Position numbers and translations under genes: made by a program | The notes under the pieces: model-generated | The model's database searches: none | Seen by the model: the letters and a program-made list of their open reading frames with translations, nothing else | Told to the model about the DNA's origin: nothing | Source of the DNA: an uncultured Candidatus Rokubacteria bacterium | GTDB taxonomy: Bacteria; Methylomirabilota; Methylomirabilia; Rokubacteriales; CSP1-6 | NCBI GenBank assembly: GCA_963789955.1 | Contig: CAWBMV010000022.1 | Coordinates: 288,001-352,000, forward strand | Direction: 5' to 3' | Length of the DNA: 64,000 nt | Shown: in pieces, positions 30,121-40,680 of the stretch | How the letters are laid out: every line of letters starts with the position of its first letter | How positions within the stretch are numbered: the stretch's first letter is position 1

Positions 30121-30984
30121 CTACGCGAGCTCGACCTCGGCACTCATCGCGATGGTGCCTTCGGGTGTGACGGCCCAGAGCTCGCAGCCGCGGCCGCTCG
30201 TCGGTCGCCCGCGGAGCTCGAAGGGCGCGGTGTCGAACAGTGGCGCTCTCGCCTGGGTCGCGTAGGACGCGATTCGCTTGCCGGGATTCTGATCGCGCGC
30301 GAAGTCGATGAGCAGGGTCGTCGTCAGCGGGCCGTGGACTACGAGACCGGGATAGCCTTCGACGTCCATGGCCCAGGTCCGGTCGTAGTGGATCCGGTGG
30401 CTGTTGAAGGTCAGCGCCGAAAAGCGAAAGAGCAGAACTGGATCGGGCGTGATGCTGCGCCGCCAGGGCGCGTCGCCGGGCGGCGAGTCGCGCCGCGGGG
30501 CTTGATTGCGCTCGCCCGCCTTGACCTCTTCGCGAAACACCGTCCGGCGCTCGTCCTCGAGCGCCAGACCGTTGGAGCCGTACACGCGGCTGGTGATGGT
30601 GGCGAAGACCAGCGTTCCGGTCCCGCCCTGCTTCACCGAGATGTCGGCGAGCCGGGTCTCGCGCCGCAAGGTCTCGCCGACGCGCACCGGGGCGTGGAAC
30701 CGTACGCGCTCGCCGGCGAACATCCGGCGGGGCAGCGCCAGCGGTGGAACGACGCCGGTGTCCCGCGGGCTCCCGTCGGGCCGCAGCGCGTCCGACGCGA
30801 CCCTCGGCAGGAAGTACAGTCCGAGCCAGGCCGGCGGCAGCGCGTCGCCGTCGCGGAATTCCGGCTCGGGGCGTCCGAGCGCCAGCCGCAGGAAGTTCGC
30901 GGGACCGGCGTGGATCACGTCGGTCGCGGTCTGGCTGCGCCCGATGTGCGTTCGAAGATCGTCGAGGTCGAGTGTCGTCGTCAT
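30121..30984 (-). CDS. Double hotdog (MaoC-like) acyl-CoA hydratase, mesaconyl-C4/itaconyl-CoA hydratase-like
   Basis: LPRRMFAG, GTLVFAT, LLFRFSALTFNSHRIHYD, EGYPGLVVHGPL. Confidence 0.85.
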   Translation of the reverse strand: MTTTLDLDDLRTHIGRSQTATDVIHAGPANFLRLALGRPEPEFRDGDALPPAWLGLYFLPRVASDALRPDGSPRDTGVVPPLALPRRMFAGERVRFHAPVRVGETLRRETRLADISVKQGGTGTLVFATITSRVYGSNGLALEDERRTVFREEVKAGERNQAPRRDSPPGDAPWRRSITPDPVLLFRFSALTFNSHRIHYDRTWAMDVEGYPGLVVHGPLTTTLLIDFARDQNPGKRIASYATQARAPLFDTAPFELRGRPTSGRGCELWAVTPEGTIAMSAEVELA

Positions 30985-31000
30985 GGCTCGCTCGTGTTCC

Positions 31001-31873
31001 TCAGTCGCGGAAGCGCTCGATCATCGTCTTGCCGTAGCGCAGCACGTCGTCGGGCGTCCTCACCTGTGCCGGAAGCCCGGCGGCCCCACTGACCGGCACG
31101 GCCACGCGCTTCACGCCGCGCCGGGTCAGGGCTTCGATCTCGGCGGGCTCGGTCGGCGCCGAGACCGTGATCTCGATGTCGTCGGGATTGCGCCCAGCTT
31201 CGGTGGCGGCCCGCCGCATCTCGTCCAGAAGCTCGGGCGCCGCGCCGCGCGCCGGGAAATACCCATCGCCCAGCCGTCCGGCCCTGCGCGCGGCCGCGCG
31301 CGTGTCGCCGCCGATGATGATCGGAACCCGGCCGTCGGCGGGCCGGGGCCGGCAGAAGACGTCGCGGAACGAGACGAAGCGGCCCGAGAAGCTCGCGCGC
31401 TCCTGGCTCCAGAGGGCGCGCATGGCCGCGACGTACTCGTCGGTGCGCGGCCCGCGATCCTCGAACGGCACGCCCAGGGTCGCGAACTCCTCGGCCAGCC
31501 AGCCCACACCGATGCCCAGGAGCACGCGGCGCCCGCCGCCGAGGTGATCGAGCGTGGCGACGGCCTTGGCGGTGACGACCGGATTGCGCTGCGGCAGGAT
31601 CAGGATCGCCGTGCCGAGCTTGAGCGTGCGCGTGGCGGACGCGATGTACGCGAGCCAGATCAGCGGATCCGGGATCGGGAAGTCCTCGAGCCCTGCGCCC
31701 ATGCGGCCCGTGTCCGAGTAGGGGTAGCGCGACTGATAGCCGTGGGGCACGACGACGTGCTCGACGGTCCAGATCGAATCGAACCCAGCCACCTCGGCAG
31801 CCTGCGCGAGCTCGACCGCCGCGGGCCCGCTCGAGTAGCGGCCAAGACTCGCGTAGCGCAGCCCGAATTTCAT
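31001..31873 (-). CDS. LLM-class oxidoreductase (putatively F420-dependent)
   Basis: GFDSIWTVEHVVVP...SRYPY...DPLIWLAY...LILPQRNPVVTAKAVATLD...GVGWLAEEF. Confidence 0.88.
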   Translation of the reverse strand: MKFGLRYASLGRYSSGPAAVELAQAAEVAGFDSIWTVEHVVVPHGYQSRYPYSDTGRMGAGLEDFPIPDPLIWLAYIASATRTLKLGTAILILPQRNPVVTAKAVATLDHLGGGRRVLLGIGVGWLAEEFATLGVPFEDRGPRTDEYVAAMRALWSQERASFSGRFVSFRDVFCRPRPADGRVPIIIGGDTRAAARRAGRLGDGYFPARGAAPELLDEMRRAATEAGRNPDDIEITVSAPTEPAEIEALTRRGVKRVAVPVSGAAGLPAQVRTPDDVLRYGKTMIERFRD

Positions 31874-31981
31874 TTACCGAGTACGTGAGACCGGGACCAC
31901 CGAGGGTGGCGAGTGATAGACACGTGTGGCTCCGCTCGCCCGATCATCCTCTCGTGGTCCTGGCATTTGCCGCTCGCGCGA

Positions 31982-32323
31982 TCATCCCTTGTGGTCTTGC
32001 TTGTGCTCTTGCAGAGACTGGAGGGCTAATCCGCCGTGGCTCCATGCCGCGCCGGCGGCCATGGCCATGGCCACGAATGTCGTCTCCGCGATCTCCGCGT
32101 CGGAGGCGCCTGCCGTCGCCGCCTTCTTGGTGTGGGCGTCGATGCACCACGCACACTGCGTGATCTGTGCGATGCCGAGCGCGATCAGCTCCTTCGTTTT
32201 GCCCGGGATCGCGCCGTCCTTGAACGCCTTCTGATCGAACTCGAGGAACGAGCGATAGGCCTCCGGCACCAGCTCCCGCATCTTCTTGAACTGAGTCCTC
32301 ACGTCGACGCCGTGGAACTGCAT
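31982..32323 (-). CDS. AhpD/carboxymuconolactone decarboxylase family protein with CxxC
   Basis: DGAIPGKTKELIALGIAQITQCAWCIDAH. Confidence 0.88.
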   Translation of the reverse strand: MQFHGVDVRTQFKKMRELVPEAYRSFLEFDQKAFKDGAIPGKTKELIALGIAQITQCAWCIDAHTKKAATAGASDAEIAETTFVAMAMAAGAAWSHGGLALQSLQEHKQDHKG

Positions 32324-32355
32324 GCCTGCCTCCTTTTATCGGCCGCTCGCTGCCA

Positions 32356-33474
32356 CTACTTCAGGCCGTAGAATCCCTTGGCGCCGCCGCCCAGGATCTG
32401 GCGCTTCGTCTCCGCCGACAGCTCGGGCCGGTCGGCGATCAGCTTCGGCGCGCCGGGGAAGAAGCCGTCGGGATGCGGATAGTCGGTCGCCCAGAGGATC
32501 TTGTGCGGGCCGATGTAGTCGGCGAGCACCGAGAGGCTGCCCTCGACGGGCTCAAACGAGATCCAGCAGTTGCGCTGGAAGAGCTCGCTCGGGCGCATCG
32601 TCAGGCCAGAATCGTTGAAGCCCTGGTCGTCGAAGTGGCGGTTCATCCGGTCGAGCCACGGCGCGATCCAGCCACCGCCCGACTCCATGAAGCCGATGCG
32701 CACCTTCGGGTAGCGGTCGCACACGCCTTCCCAGATCACGCTCATCGCCGCCAGCATCATCTCCATCGTGTGCGAGATGATGTGCCGCGCGCCGCGATTG
32801 GCGAACCGGTCGACGCCGACCTGCGGCATGCCGCCGCTGGCGCCCTCGTGCAGGCCGATCGCGAAGTCGAGCTCCTCGACCTCCTTCCAGAACGGCGCGT
32901 AGTCCGGGTGGTGGAGCATCCGGCCGTTGTACGGGTTCGGGCGCAGGAAGCCGCCGCGCATGCCGAGCTCCTTGCGGGCGAAGCGCATCTCCTCGATGGC
33001 GAATGGGATCGACTGCATCGGCAGCATGGCGACGCCGAAGAGCCGATCGGGGTAGGGCTTGCAGTAGTCGGCGAGCCAGCGGTTGTAGGCACGACACATC
33101 GCGGCGGCGAGCCCGGGGTCCTGAACCGCGCCGCTGAAGAGGCCGATGCTCGGATAGAGGAACGCGGCATCGATGCCGTCGAGGTCCATGTCCGGAATGC
33201 GCGCGTGCGGATCGAAGCCGCCCGGGCGGCCCTCGACGTACTTCATCGTCGCCTCGTTGATCTTGCCGTCGCGGGCGCCGATCCCGCCGATGGCGCCCAT
33301 GCCCTTAGGGCTCCCGAGGACCTTGCCCTCGACGAGCAGACGCTCCTTGCCGTCGGTGTCGATGATCATCTTCGGCGCGCGGTCGCGATACGCGGGATCG
33401 ATGTACTTGTCCCAGATGTCGACCGGTTCGAGGATGTGTCCGTCGGCGTCGATGACGTTGTACGTGCGCGCCAT
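32356..33474 (-). CDS. Amidohydrolase_2 family metal-dependent hydrolase/decarboxylase
   Basis: IDADGHILEP, DMDLDGIDAAFLYPS, RAYNRWLADYC, IGLHEG, FMESGGGW, LWATDYPHPD. Confidence 0.9.
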   Translation of the reverse strand: MARTYNVIDADGHILEPVDIWDKYIDPAYRDRAPKMIIDTDGKERLLVEGKVLGSPKGMGAIGGIGARDGKINEATMKYVEGRPGGFDPHARIPDMDLDGIDAAFLYPSIGLFSGAVQDPGLAAAMCRAYNRWLADYCKPYPDRLFGVAMLPMQSIPFAIEEMRFARKELGMRGGFLRPNPYNGRMLHHPDYAPFWKEVEELDFAIGLHEGASGGMPQVGVDRFANRGARHIISHTMEMMLAAMSVIWEGVCDRYPKVRIGFMESGGGWIAPWLDRMNRHFDDQGFNDSGLTMRPSELFQRNCWISFEPVEGSLSVLADYIGPHKILWATDYPHPDGFFPGAPKLIADRPELSAETKRQILGGGAKGFYGLK

Positions 33475-33599
33475 GGTGGTCCTCCCTTGTCGGTCCCCAG
33501 AGGATTGCCCGCCGCCGCGGCGGAGTCAAGGGAGGTCCGGAAGGCTGCTACACTACCCCGCGTCAACGAGACCGCCGTCCCCTCAAACCGGAGGAGACC

Positions 33600-34008
33600 A
33601 TGCTGAGCGTGAAGCCCCTCGTCGTCACCACCGTGCTCCTCGGCCTCCTCGCCGCCGCGCGACCGGCCGCGGCGCAGACGACGCTCACGATGTCCTCGTG
33701 GGTCTCGCACCCGTCGGCGCCGCCGGGCACCTTCGACGCCGTCCGGGACGGTCTGGTCGACGGCCCGGGTCAGATGTTCACCAAGAAGCCGGTGGCGGGT
33801 ATCGGCGACGTGCAGGGACTGAAGATCCGCACCGGTGGCGGGGTCGCCGACGGCGTGTTCTGTCCGCTGGAGTCGATCATCTCCTTCAAGCTCGACACGA
33901 TCGCCTCCTGATCCTACTTGGGCGGCTTGTTCCAGTCTCGTGGTCCGGCTCGTGATCCTGGTCGCGTTCCCGTGGCTCTCGCTCTGGCTGCCGAGCATGA
34001 TGCGGTGA
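33600..34008 (+). pseudogene. Collapsed TRAP transporter operon remnant (DctP fragments plus DctM C-terminus)
   Basis: Signal peptide + QTTLTMSSWVS | HPSAPPGTFDAVRDGLVD | GPGQMFTKKPV..DVQGLKIRTGGG | VADGVF.PLESIISFKL, then LVILVAFPWLSLWLPSMMR*. Confidence 0.7.
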
Positions 34009-34039
34009 AGCGTCCCGGCCGGCCGAGGCGACCCTCTAG

Positions 34040-35563
34040 ATGAAGGAGACGATGATGCGAGTGCGTTCCGCCGTCGCGATGCTGATCGCCGTGCTCCCCA
34101 CCGCGGGTTGCGTCACCATCCCGCCGCGCCCCGCCGATCTCACGCAGCTCAGCCTCACCGACGCCGCGACCCTGATCCGCGAGGGCCTGGTGACGAGCGT
34201 CGAGCTGACCCAAGCGTACATCGCGCGCGCCGACGCGAATCCCGGACTCAACGCGTACATCGTCCTGGATCGCGCCGGCGCGATGGCCGCGGCGCGCCGT
34301 GCCGACGCCGATGTCGCGGCCCGCAAATCGCTCGGGACGCTCCACGGGGTGCCGCTGGTCGTGAAGGACAACACGCACGTGGCCGGTCTGCCGAACACGG
34401 CGGGCACGCCGGCCCTCCGCGGCTTCGTCCCGAAGGAGAACGCGCCGACCGTGCAGAAGCTCGTGGACGCCGGCGCGGTCATTCTCGGCAAGACGAACAT
34501 GCACGAGCTCGCCTTCGGGATCTCGGGCTACAACGAGGGATTCTTCACCGCCGAGCCGATCGGAACTCGCAATCCGTACGATCGGACACGCATCGCGGGC
34601 GGCAGCTCCAGCGGGACGGGCGCCGCGATCGGCGGACGACTGGCGCCGGGTGGTCTCGGCAGCGACACCGGCGGCTCGGTCCGGATCCCGGCGGCGCTGT
34701 CCGGCGGCGCCGGGCTGCGGCCGACCATCGGCCGCTACAGCCAGGACGGCGTCACGCCGATCTCGCACTCGCGTGACACGGTCGGCCCCATGGGGCAGAC
34801 GGTCGCGGATGTGGCGCTGCTCGATTCGGTCATCACCGGCGGCCGTCTGCCGGCGCCGGCGCCGGTGAGCGGCGTGAGGCTCGGCGTCTACCGAGGCTAT
34901 TTCTTCAAGGATCTCGACGTCGACACGCGCGCCGTGATGGAAGCGTCGTTCGAGAAGCTCCGGCGGGTCGGCATCACGATCGTCGACGTGGAGATGCCGG
35001 ATCTGCAGAAGGCGAACGACGCGGCCAGCTTCCCGGTCGCGCTCTACGAAGCGTACGACGACCTCAAGGCCTACCTCGCGAAGTACCGGACCGGCCTCAG
35101 CGTCGAGCAGGTCGCCGCCGCGATCGCGAGCAAGGATGTGAAGGCGACGTACGACGGCCTGGTCATACCGCGAAAGCTTCCCGCGCCGAACGGCGTCGTC
35201 GACGCGGCGCCGGCGTACGCGGCGGCGATGCGCGACGCGCGCCCGGCGCTCCTCAAGATCTACACGGACACGTTCCAGCGCTACGGCATCGACGCGCTGG
35301 TCGGCCCGACTACGCCGGCCGTCGCGGCGACGCAGGGCCCCGAGGCGAGCAGCCTGCCGACCTTCCTGCTGTTCATTCGAAACACGGATCCCGGCAGCAA
35401 CGCCGGGATTCCCGGGCTGACGATTCCCGCGGGGCTCGGGTCGTCGTCGGGCCTGCCGGTCGGTATCTCGCTCGACGGACCGCGCGGGAGCGATCAGCGT
35501 TTGCTCGCGATCGGCCTCGCGATCGAGCGCGTGCTCGGCCGGACGCCGCCGCCCGGCCGTTAG
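34040..35563 (+). CDS. Amidase signature enzyme, indoleacetamide/mandelamide hydrolase-like, possible lipoprotein
   Basis: LHGVPLVVKDN, GKTNMHELAFG, GGSSSG, GSDTGGSVRIPA, RNTDPGSNAGIPG; N-terminal TAGC lipobox-like motif. Confidence 0.9.
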   Translation: MKETMMRVRSAVAMLIAVLPTAGCVTIPPRPADLTQLSLTDAATLIREGLVTSVELTQAYIARADANPGLNAYIVLDRAGAMAAARRADADVAARKSLGTLHGVPLVVKDNTHVAGLPNTAGTPALRGFVPKENAPTVQKLVDAGAVILGKTNMHELAFGISGYNEGFFTAEPIGTRNPYDRTRIAGGSSSGTGAAIGGRLAPGGLGSDTGGSVRIPAALSGGAGLRPTIGRYSQDGVTPISHSRDTVGPMGQTVADVALLDSVITGGRLPAPAPVSGVRLGVYRGYFFKDLDVDTRAVMEASFEKLRRVGITIVDVEMPDLQKANDAASFPVALYEAYDDLKAYLAKYRTGLSVEQVAAAIASKDVKATYDGLVIPRKLPAPNGVVDAAPAYAAAMRDARPALLKIYTDTFQRYGIDALVGPTTPAVAATQGPEASSLPTFLLFIRNTDPGSNAGIPGLTIPAGLGSSSGLPVGISLDGPRGSDQRLLAIGLAIERVLGRTPPPGR

Positions 35564-35580
35564 CGGGGAGGTGGACGACG

Positions 35581-36771
35581 ATGGCATCGCGCACGTCGGT
35601 CCCGGATCCGCAGGACTTCTCGCTCGTCCTCGGCGGCCCGCTCTTTCAGCTCTGGCGTCGGCTGTTCCTGTCCGGCCCGGCGCTGGAGCTTCTGGTGCGG
35701 CGGATGATCGGCGGTCCCACGGTCGCCTGGGTGCCGTTGCTCCTGCTGACCGCGTACCAGGGCCACGCCGTCGGGCATGCCGTCGCCGTTCCGTTCCTGT
35801 GGGACATCGAGGTTCATGCTCGATATCTCGTGGCCCTTCCCATCCTGTTGCTGGCCGAGCTCGCGGTGCATCAACGGATCCGGGTCATGGTCGGACAATT
35901 CGTGGAGACCGGCATCGTCACGCCCGACGTGCTTCCCCAGTTCCGGGCGGCGATCGTCAGGGCCATGCGCCTGCGAAATTCCATGATCGTCGAGATCGCG
36001 ATGGTGGTGTTCGTCTTCGGCTTCGGATGGACGTTCTGGCAAGGTGCGAGCTGGCTCACGCACTCGACCTGGTACGCGATCGTCGACGGTGACCACTATC
36101 GTCTGACGACCGCGGGCCGGTGGTACGTGTACGTGAGCGTCCCGATCTTTCAGTTTCTGCTCCTCCGGTGGTACTTCCGGATCGTCGTCTGGTTTGTCTT
36201 TCTCCGGAGCGTGGCGCGCCTGCCGCTGCGCCTCATCCCGACCCATCCCGACCGAGCGGGGGGGCTGGGGTTTCTGGGGTTGGCTGCTGCCACGTTCGTC
36301 CCGGTCATCGTGGCGCAGAGCGTGACGATCTCCGCCGTCCTCGGAACCCGCATCCTCTTTCACGGCAAGACCCTGGTCGATTTCCAGTACGAGCTGGCGG
36401 CGTTCTTCATCCTGCAGCTCCTCCTGGTTTTGGGGCCGCCGTGCGTGTTCATGGGGCCGCTGCTCGATCTCAAGCGCCGCGGGCGGCGCGAGTATGGGGT
36501 GCTGGCCGCTCGCTACACGTCCGAGTTCCACGCGAAGTGGATCGAGGGGGGCGCGCCGCCCGGCGAGCCGTTGCTGGGCAGCTCCGACATCCAGTCGCTC
36601 GCGGACCTCGCCAACAGCTACACCGTGCTGAGTGAGATGAAACCCGTGCCCTTCGGCCGGGACACGATTGTCATGGTGGTCGGCGGGGCGGCCATTCCGC
36701 TCCTGCCGCTGGTGCTCTCGATCGTGCCGGCGGACGCGATCCTCAAGAGCCTGCTCGGTCTGCTGCTGTAG
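35581..36771 (+). CDS. Conserved integral membrane hypothetical protein
   Basis: DFSLVLGGPLFQL, FQFLLLRW, L.LIPTHPDRAGGLGFL, DIQSLADLANSY; multiple TM segments. Confidence 0.8.
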   Translation: MASRTSVPDPQDFSLVLGGPLFQLWRRLFLSGPALELLVRRMIGGPTVAWVPLLLLTAYQGHAVGHAVAVPFLWDIEVHARYLVALPILLLAELAVHQRIRVMVGQFVETGIVTPDVLPQFRAAIVRAMRLRNSMIVEIAMVVFVFGFGWTFWQGASWLTHSTWYAIVDGDHYRLTTAGRWYVYVSVPIFQFLLLRWYFRIVVWFVFLRSVARLPLRLIPTHPDRAGGLGFLGLAAATFVPVIVAQSVTISAVLGTRILFHGKTLVDFQYELAAFFILQLLLVLGPPCVFMGPLLDLKRRGRREYGVLAARYTSEFHAKWIEGGAPPGEPLLGSSDIQSLADLANSYTVLSEMKPVPFGRDTIVMVVGGAAIPLLPLVLSIVPADAILKSLLGLLL

Positions 36772-36804
36772 CCGAGCGCCGCGCTTGCCGCAGCTCGGTG
36801 TGCC

Positions 36805-38184
36805 TCATCGAGCCTTGTGAAGCCGCGACGCGATGACGAACGCAGCCAGCGGCGCCGCGACGAAGCTTCCGAAGAGCCAGGACCCGGCGAGCGCCGCCGC
36901 CGGCGGTGACGCGCCCGCGGCCAGGCCGGCGGCGTTGGCGATGACGCCGGAGAGCGCCGCGCCGAGGGCGACGGCGAAGAGCTGGGTGCTCGGAATCATC
37001 GATGCGGTCAGCGCGCCTTCGTCGGGGCGCGCGGACGACAGGATGGCCGTGCCGATGTGGGCCCAGCACGTCCCGATGCCGACGCCGACCAGCATGAGCG
37101 ACCCCGCGATCGCGACGACCGGCCCCGAGGCGATCGTGAAGAAGAGGCCGGCGAATCCGGTCGCGGTCAGGACCGGGCCGAGCATGATCACCGTGTGCGC
37201 CCGCGCCGGCGAGACGCGCGCGCTCAGGAGTGTGCCCGCCGTCCACGACAGCGACTGGACCGCGTAGAGATAGCCCGCGCCCGCGGGTGTCACGTCGTGC
37301 AGCACCTGCACGAGGAGCGGCACGTACACGCCGCCGGGGGTCGTCGACATGCCGAGCAGGAAGACCAGGTAGAACGCCTTGCCGATCCTGGTCCGGAGCG
37401 ACAGCATGCCGGTGGGGAACAGACGGGTCGGCGTCCGGCCGTCGAGACGAAGCATCAGCGCCACGGACCCGACCGCGCCGGCGAACAGTGCGGCGCGCGC
37501 GGTGGTCGCGCGAGTGTTCGCGATCGAGCCGATGCAGAGCACGCTCAGGCAGATGAGCGCGAGCCGCCCGAAGGGCACTCGTGTGGCTCTGGTGTCGTGC
37601 TTCTCGGATCGCGGCAGGATGCGCCACGTGAACGCGCCGGCCACGAGCGCGATCGGCGCCATCACCCAGAACGCCGCGCGCCAGAGCCCGAGCCCGGCGA
37701 GGACACCGCCGACGACGGGTCCGCCGAGCGCGGGGATCGCCCACGCGCACGAGATCGCGGTGAGCATGCGCTGCCACAAGGTCTGGGGAAAGAGCTCGCG
37801 GACCAGGCTGTGCGCCGACGCGATCAGCACACCGCCGCCGAGCCCTTGCACGCCGCGACCCACGACGATCAACGGCATGCTCGGCGCCGTGGCGCAGACC
37901 GCCGCGCCGGCGACGAACACACCGACTGCCAGGAAGACGCCGCGCCGGGTGCCCACCTTGAGCGCGACGACCGAGCTGCCGGCGCTCCCGAGGATCGAGC
38001 CGACCGCGTAGGCGGTCGAGGCCCACGCGTAGATTGCGAGTCCGCCGATCTCGGCGATGGCCGAGGGCAGAATCGTCGCCGTGATGAACGCGCCGAACGC
38101 GGGCGCGAGGATGCTGGAGACGACGACCAGAGCCGAGAGGATGGGCGGCGGCCGATGCGGCGCCGCCTGGGAGCGGGCTTGCAC
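36805..38184 (-). CDS. MFS transporter (DHA2-like)
   Basis: About 14 TM segments; ITATILPSAIAEIGG, GRGVQGLGGG, LGGPVVGG. Confidence 0.88.
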   Translation of the reverse strand: MQARSQAAPHRPPPILSALVVVSSILAPAFGAFITATILPSAIAEIGGLAIYAWASTAYAVGSILGSAGSSVVALKVGTRRGVFLAVGVFVAGAAVCATAPSMPLIVVGRGVQGLGGGVLIASAHSLVRELFPQTLWQRMLTAISCAWAIPALGGPVVGGVLAGLGLWRAAFWVMAPIALVAGAFTWRILPRSEKHDTRATRVPFGRLALICLSVLCIGSIANTRATTARAALFAGAVGSVALMLRLDGRTPTRLFPTGMLSLRTRIGKAFYLVFLLGMSTTPGGVYVPLLVQVLHDVTPAGAGYLYAVQSLSWTAGTLLSARVSPARAHTVIMLGPVLTATGFAGLFFTIASGPVVAIAGSLMLVGVGIGTCWAHIGTAILSSARPDEGALTASMIPSTQLFAVALGAALSGVIANAAGLAAGASPPAAALAGSWLFGSFVAAPLAAFVIASRLHKAR

Positions 38185-38190
38185 GGCGGA

Positions 38191-38219
38191 GACATACCGC
38201 CGGTGTCGGCGGCTGTCAA
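38191..38219 (-). promoter_or_regulatory. sigma70-type promoter of the MFS gene (likely leaderless)
   Basis: TTGACA (38219-38214), 17 nt, TATGTC (38196-38191), 6 nt before GTG 38184. Confidence 0.5.
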
Positions 38220-38237
38220 CGATCGCCAGTTAGCGTC

Positions 38238-40211
38238 TCAGCGCAAGAGCCCGCGAAACCAGCCCGCGACGTCGCGGATGACCGGAGCGTCGACCAGCGA
38301 TTCGCACTCCGCCGGCTCGCTGCCCTGACGGAACGCTTCGCTGATCGACTCTTCGCCGTTGCAGGCCCGAAGGCCCGTCGCCGAGTCCACCGGTGTCATG
38401 ACGATGCCGGGCGGCGGCGTGAACGGCGAGGGTGGCGTTGGCGGACCGCCTTCACCATGACGTCGGCCCAGATCGGCAGCGCGATGTCCGCGCCGGCGAG
38501 GCCGATCGCGGCGCGTCGTCGGCACCGACCCAGACGCCCACGACGAGGTCCGGCGTGTAACCGACGAACCACGCGTCGCGCAGGCCGTCCGTCGTGCCGG
38601 TTTTCCCGGCGGTGACTTCCTGCAGGCCCCAGCGCGCGCTCGAGCCGCCGGTACCGCGGCGCATGACGCCGCGCATGAGGTGCGTGACGATGAACGCTGA
38701 TTCGGGCGAGACGACCCGCACGGGTTCCGGCAGCGGCTTGAGCGCGACGGCACCGGCCGAGCCGAGCGTGGTCGGGCGACACTCTGAGCCCGCCGTTCGC
38801 GATCGTCGCGAACGCGGTGGTCATCTCGAGCAAGGTGACTTCCGACGTGCCGAGCGCCAGCGACGGCACCGGAGCCAGCGCGCTGGCGATGCCGGCCGCG
38901 TGGGCGACTTTGGTCACGTAGCCGAGGCCGACGCCCTGCGCGACGGAGCGCCGCCGGCACGTTCAGGGACTGTTCCAGCGCGCGGCGAATGGTGACCGGC
39001 CCGTGAAACTGTCCGTCGATGTTGTGCGGCGACCAGTCGCCCCCGCGCACCGGAATCACGACGGGCTCGTCGTCCACGACGGGTCGACGCGGTGATCTCT
39101 CGCGCGCGCGCCTCGAACGCCGCCAGGTACACGAACGGCTTGAAGAGCGAGCCGGGTTGGCGGCGCGCCCGCGTCGCGCGGTTGAACTCGCTCTGCGCGA
39201 AGCGCCGGCCGCCGACGAGCACGCGGATCTGCCCCGACGCGGGCTCGATCGCGACGACCGCGGCCTGCAGCGAGTTCGCCGGCTGACGCCGCGAGCGCTC
39301 GGCGTGGGCTAGGCGTTCGCGCACCGCCGTCTCGGCCGCGTCTTGCAACCGCCGGTCGAGGCTGGTGACCAGGGTCACGCCGCCCAGCGCCTCGCCGCCA
39401 CGACGCGCGACCTCGCCGCGCACGAGCTCCATGAACCACGGCGCGGCCGCCGCCGCCTTCTGCGCCGGTCGCGTCGGCCGCGTCATGGCGGCTTGCGCCT
39501 CGGTCTCGGTCGCCGCGCCGTCCTTGACCATCGCCTCGAGGACCCGATCGCGCCGGCTCCGGAGCAGCGCCGGCGATTCGACGAAGATGCGGTTCGGCGC
39601 CCGGATCGACGCGGCGAGCAGCGCGATCTCGTCGAGTCGGAGCGACTCGAGGCTCTTGCCGAACAGGTGGCGCGCGCCGGCGCCGACGCCCAGCACCGCG
39701 GCGCCGCGCTCCTGGCCGAGGTACACGGTGTTGAGGTACGTCTCGAGGATCTGGTGCTTCGAGTAGCGAAGCTCGAGCGACGAGCGCGATGGCGATCTCG
39801 CGTGCCTTGCGCCACCACGTCCGCTCTCGGCTCAGAAACAGCCCGCGTGCCAGCTGCTGTGTGATCGTGCTGGCCCCACGGACGACGGAGGCCTCACGGG
39901 CGTTGGTGAGGGCGGCCCGGGCGACCGCCAGCAGATCCACGCCGTGATGACGCATGAACCGGCGGTCCTCGGCGGCGATGACCGCGGCGGGAACGGCCGG
40001 CGGCATGTGCTCGAGCGGAATCCACACCTGGACGCGTCCGCGACTCGCTCTCGAACGCTGTGAGCTCGCGAGCGTCGATGTCCAGATACGTGATCGGCGG
40101 GGGCGCGCCCCTCGGCAGTGACAGCGCCCACCAGCCCCAGGCCAGCACGATCATGCAGACGATCGGCGTGGCCAACACCAGGAGCCCGAGTAGGGTCCGC
40201 GGTCGCCTCAC
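38238..40211 (-). CDS. Class A penicillin-binding protein (transglycosylase + transpeptidase), several frameshifts
   Basis: AAEDRRFMRHHGVD, GASTITQQLAR, YLNTVYLG, RQPGSLFKP (SxxK), SLN, KTGTT motifs across frames. Confidence 0.85.
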
Positions 40212-40218
40212 GAGGATC

Positions 40219-40680
40219 TCAGCGCTCGCGCTGCTTGACGACCGAACGTAGAATCGTCGTCGCCAGAGCCTGCGCCACCATCGCCGCCACCGCGACCGCG
40301 GTTCTCGACCCCAGGCCGCCCGTCGTCGGCGCCAGCCGGTCGGGATCTTGGGCGACGCGCTCGAACGCCTGCCCGAATCGGCGAGCCTTCTCCCGGAGCT
40401 CGGCGCCACGTCCGAGCAACGAGCTTCGGCGCCGCGCGCGGACCCGAGCCAATGCGACCGGCGCGGTGACGGCGACCGCGACGACCAGCACGCCGAGCGC
40501 GATCTCGCGCGCGTGCAGCCGGAGCTGGCGCCGCCAGTCGGTCATGTTGTGCCGCCGGCGGTCGAGCTCCATGACGAGCGCGTCGAGCCGCCGCCGGACG
40601 TCGGTAATCTCGTCGCCGAGCTGGCGCACGCGGCCGTTGACCGCGGCGTCGTCGACTACGCGAGTCGTTCCTTGGCCCAT
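40219..40680 (-). CDS. DUF3618/YqjK-like small membrane-anchored protein
   Basis: Coiled N-terminus (RQLGDEITDVRRRLDALVMELDRRRH) then TM segment; directly follows the holin-family gene. Confidence 0.6.
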   Translation of the reverse strand: MGQGTTRVVDDAAVNGRVRQLGDEITDVRRRLDALVMELDRRRHNMTDWRRQLRLHAREIALGVLVVAVAVTAPVALARVRARRRSSLLGRGAELREKARRFGQAFERVAQDPDRLAPTTGGLGSRTAVAVAAMVAQALATTILRSVVKQRER

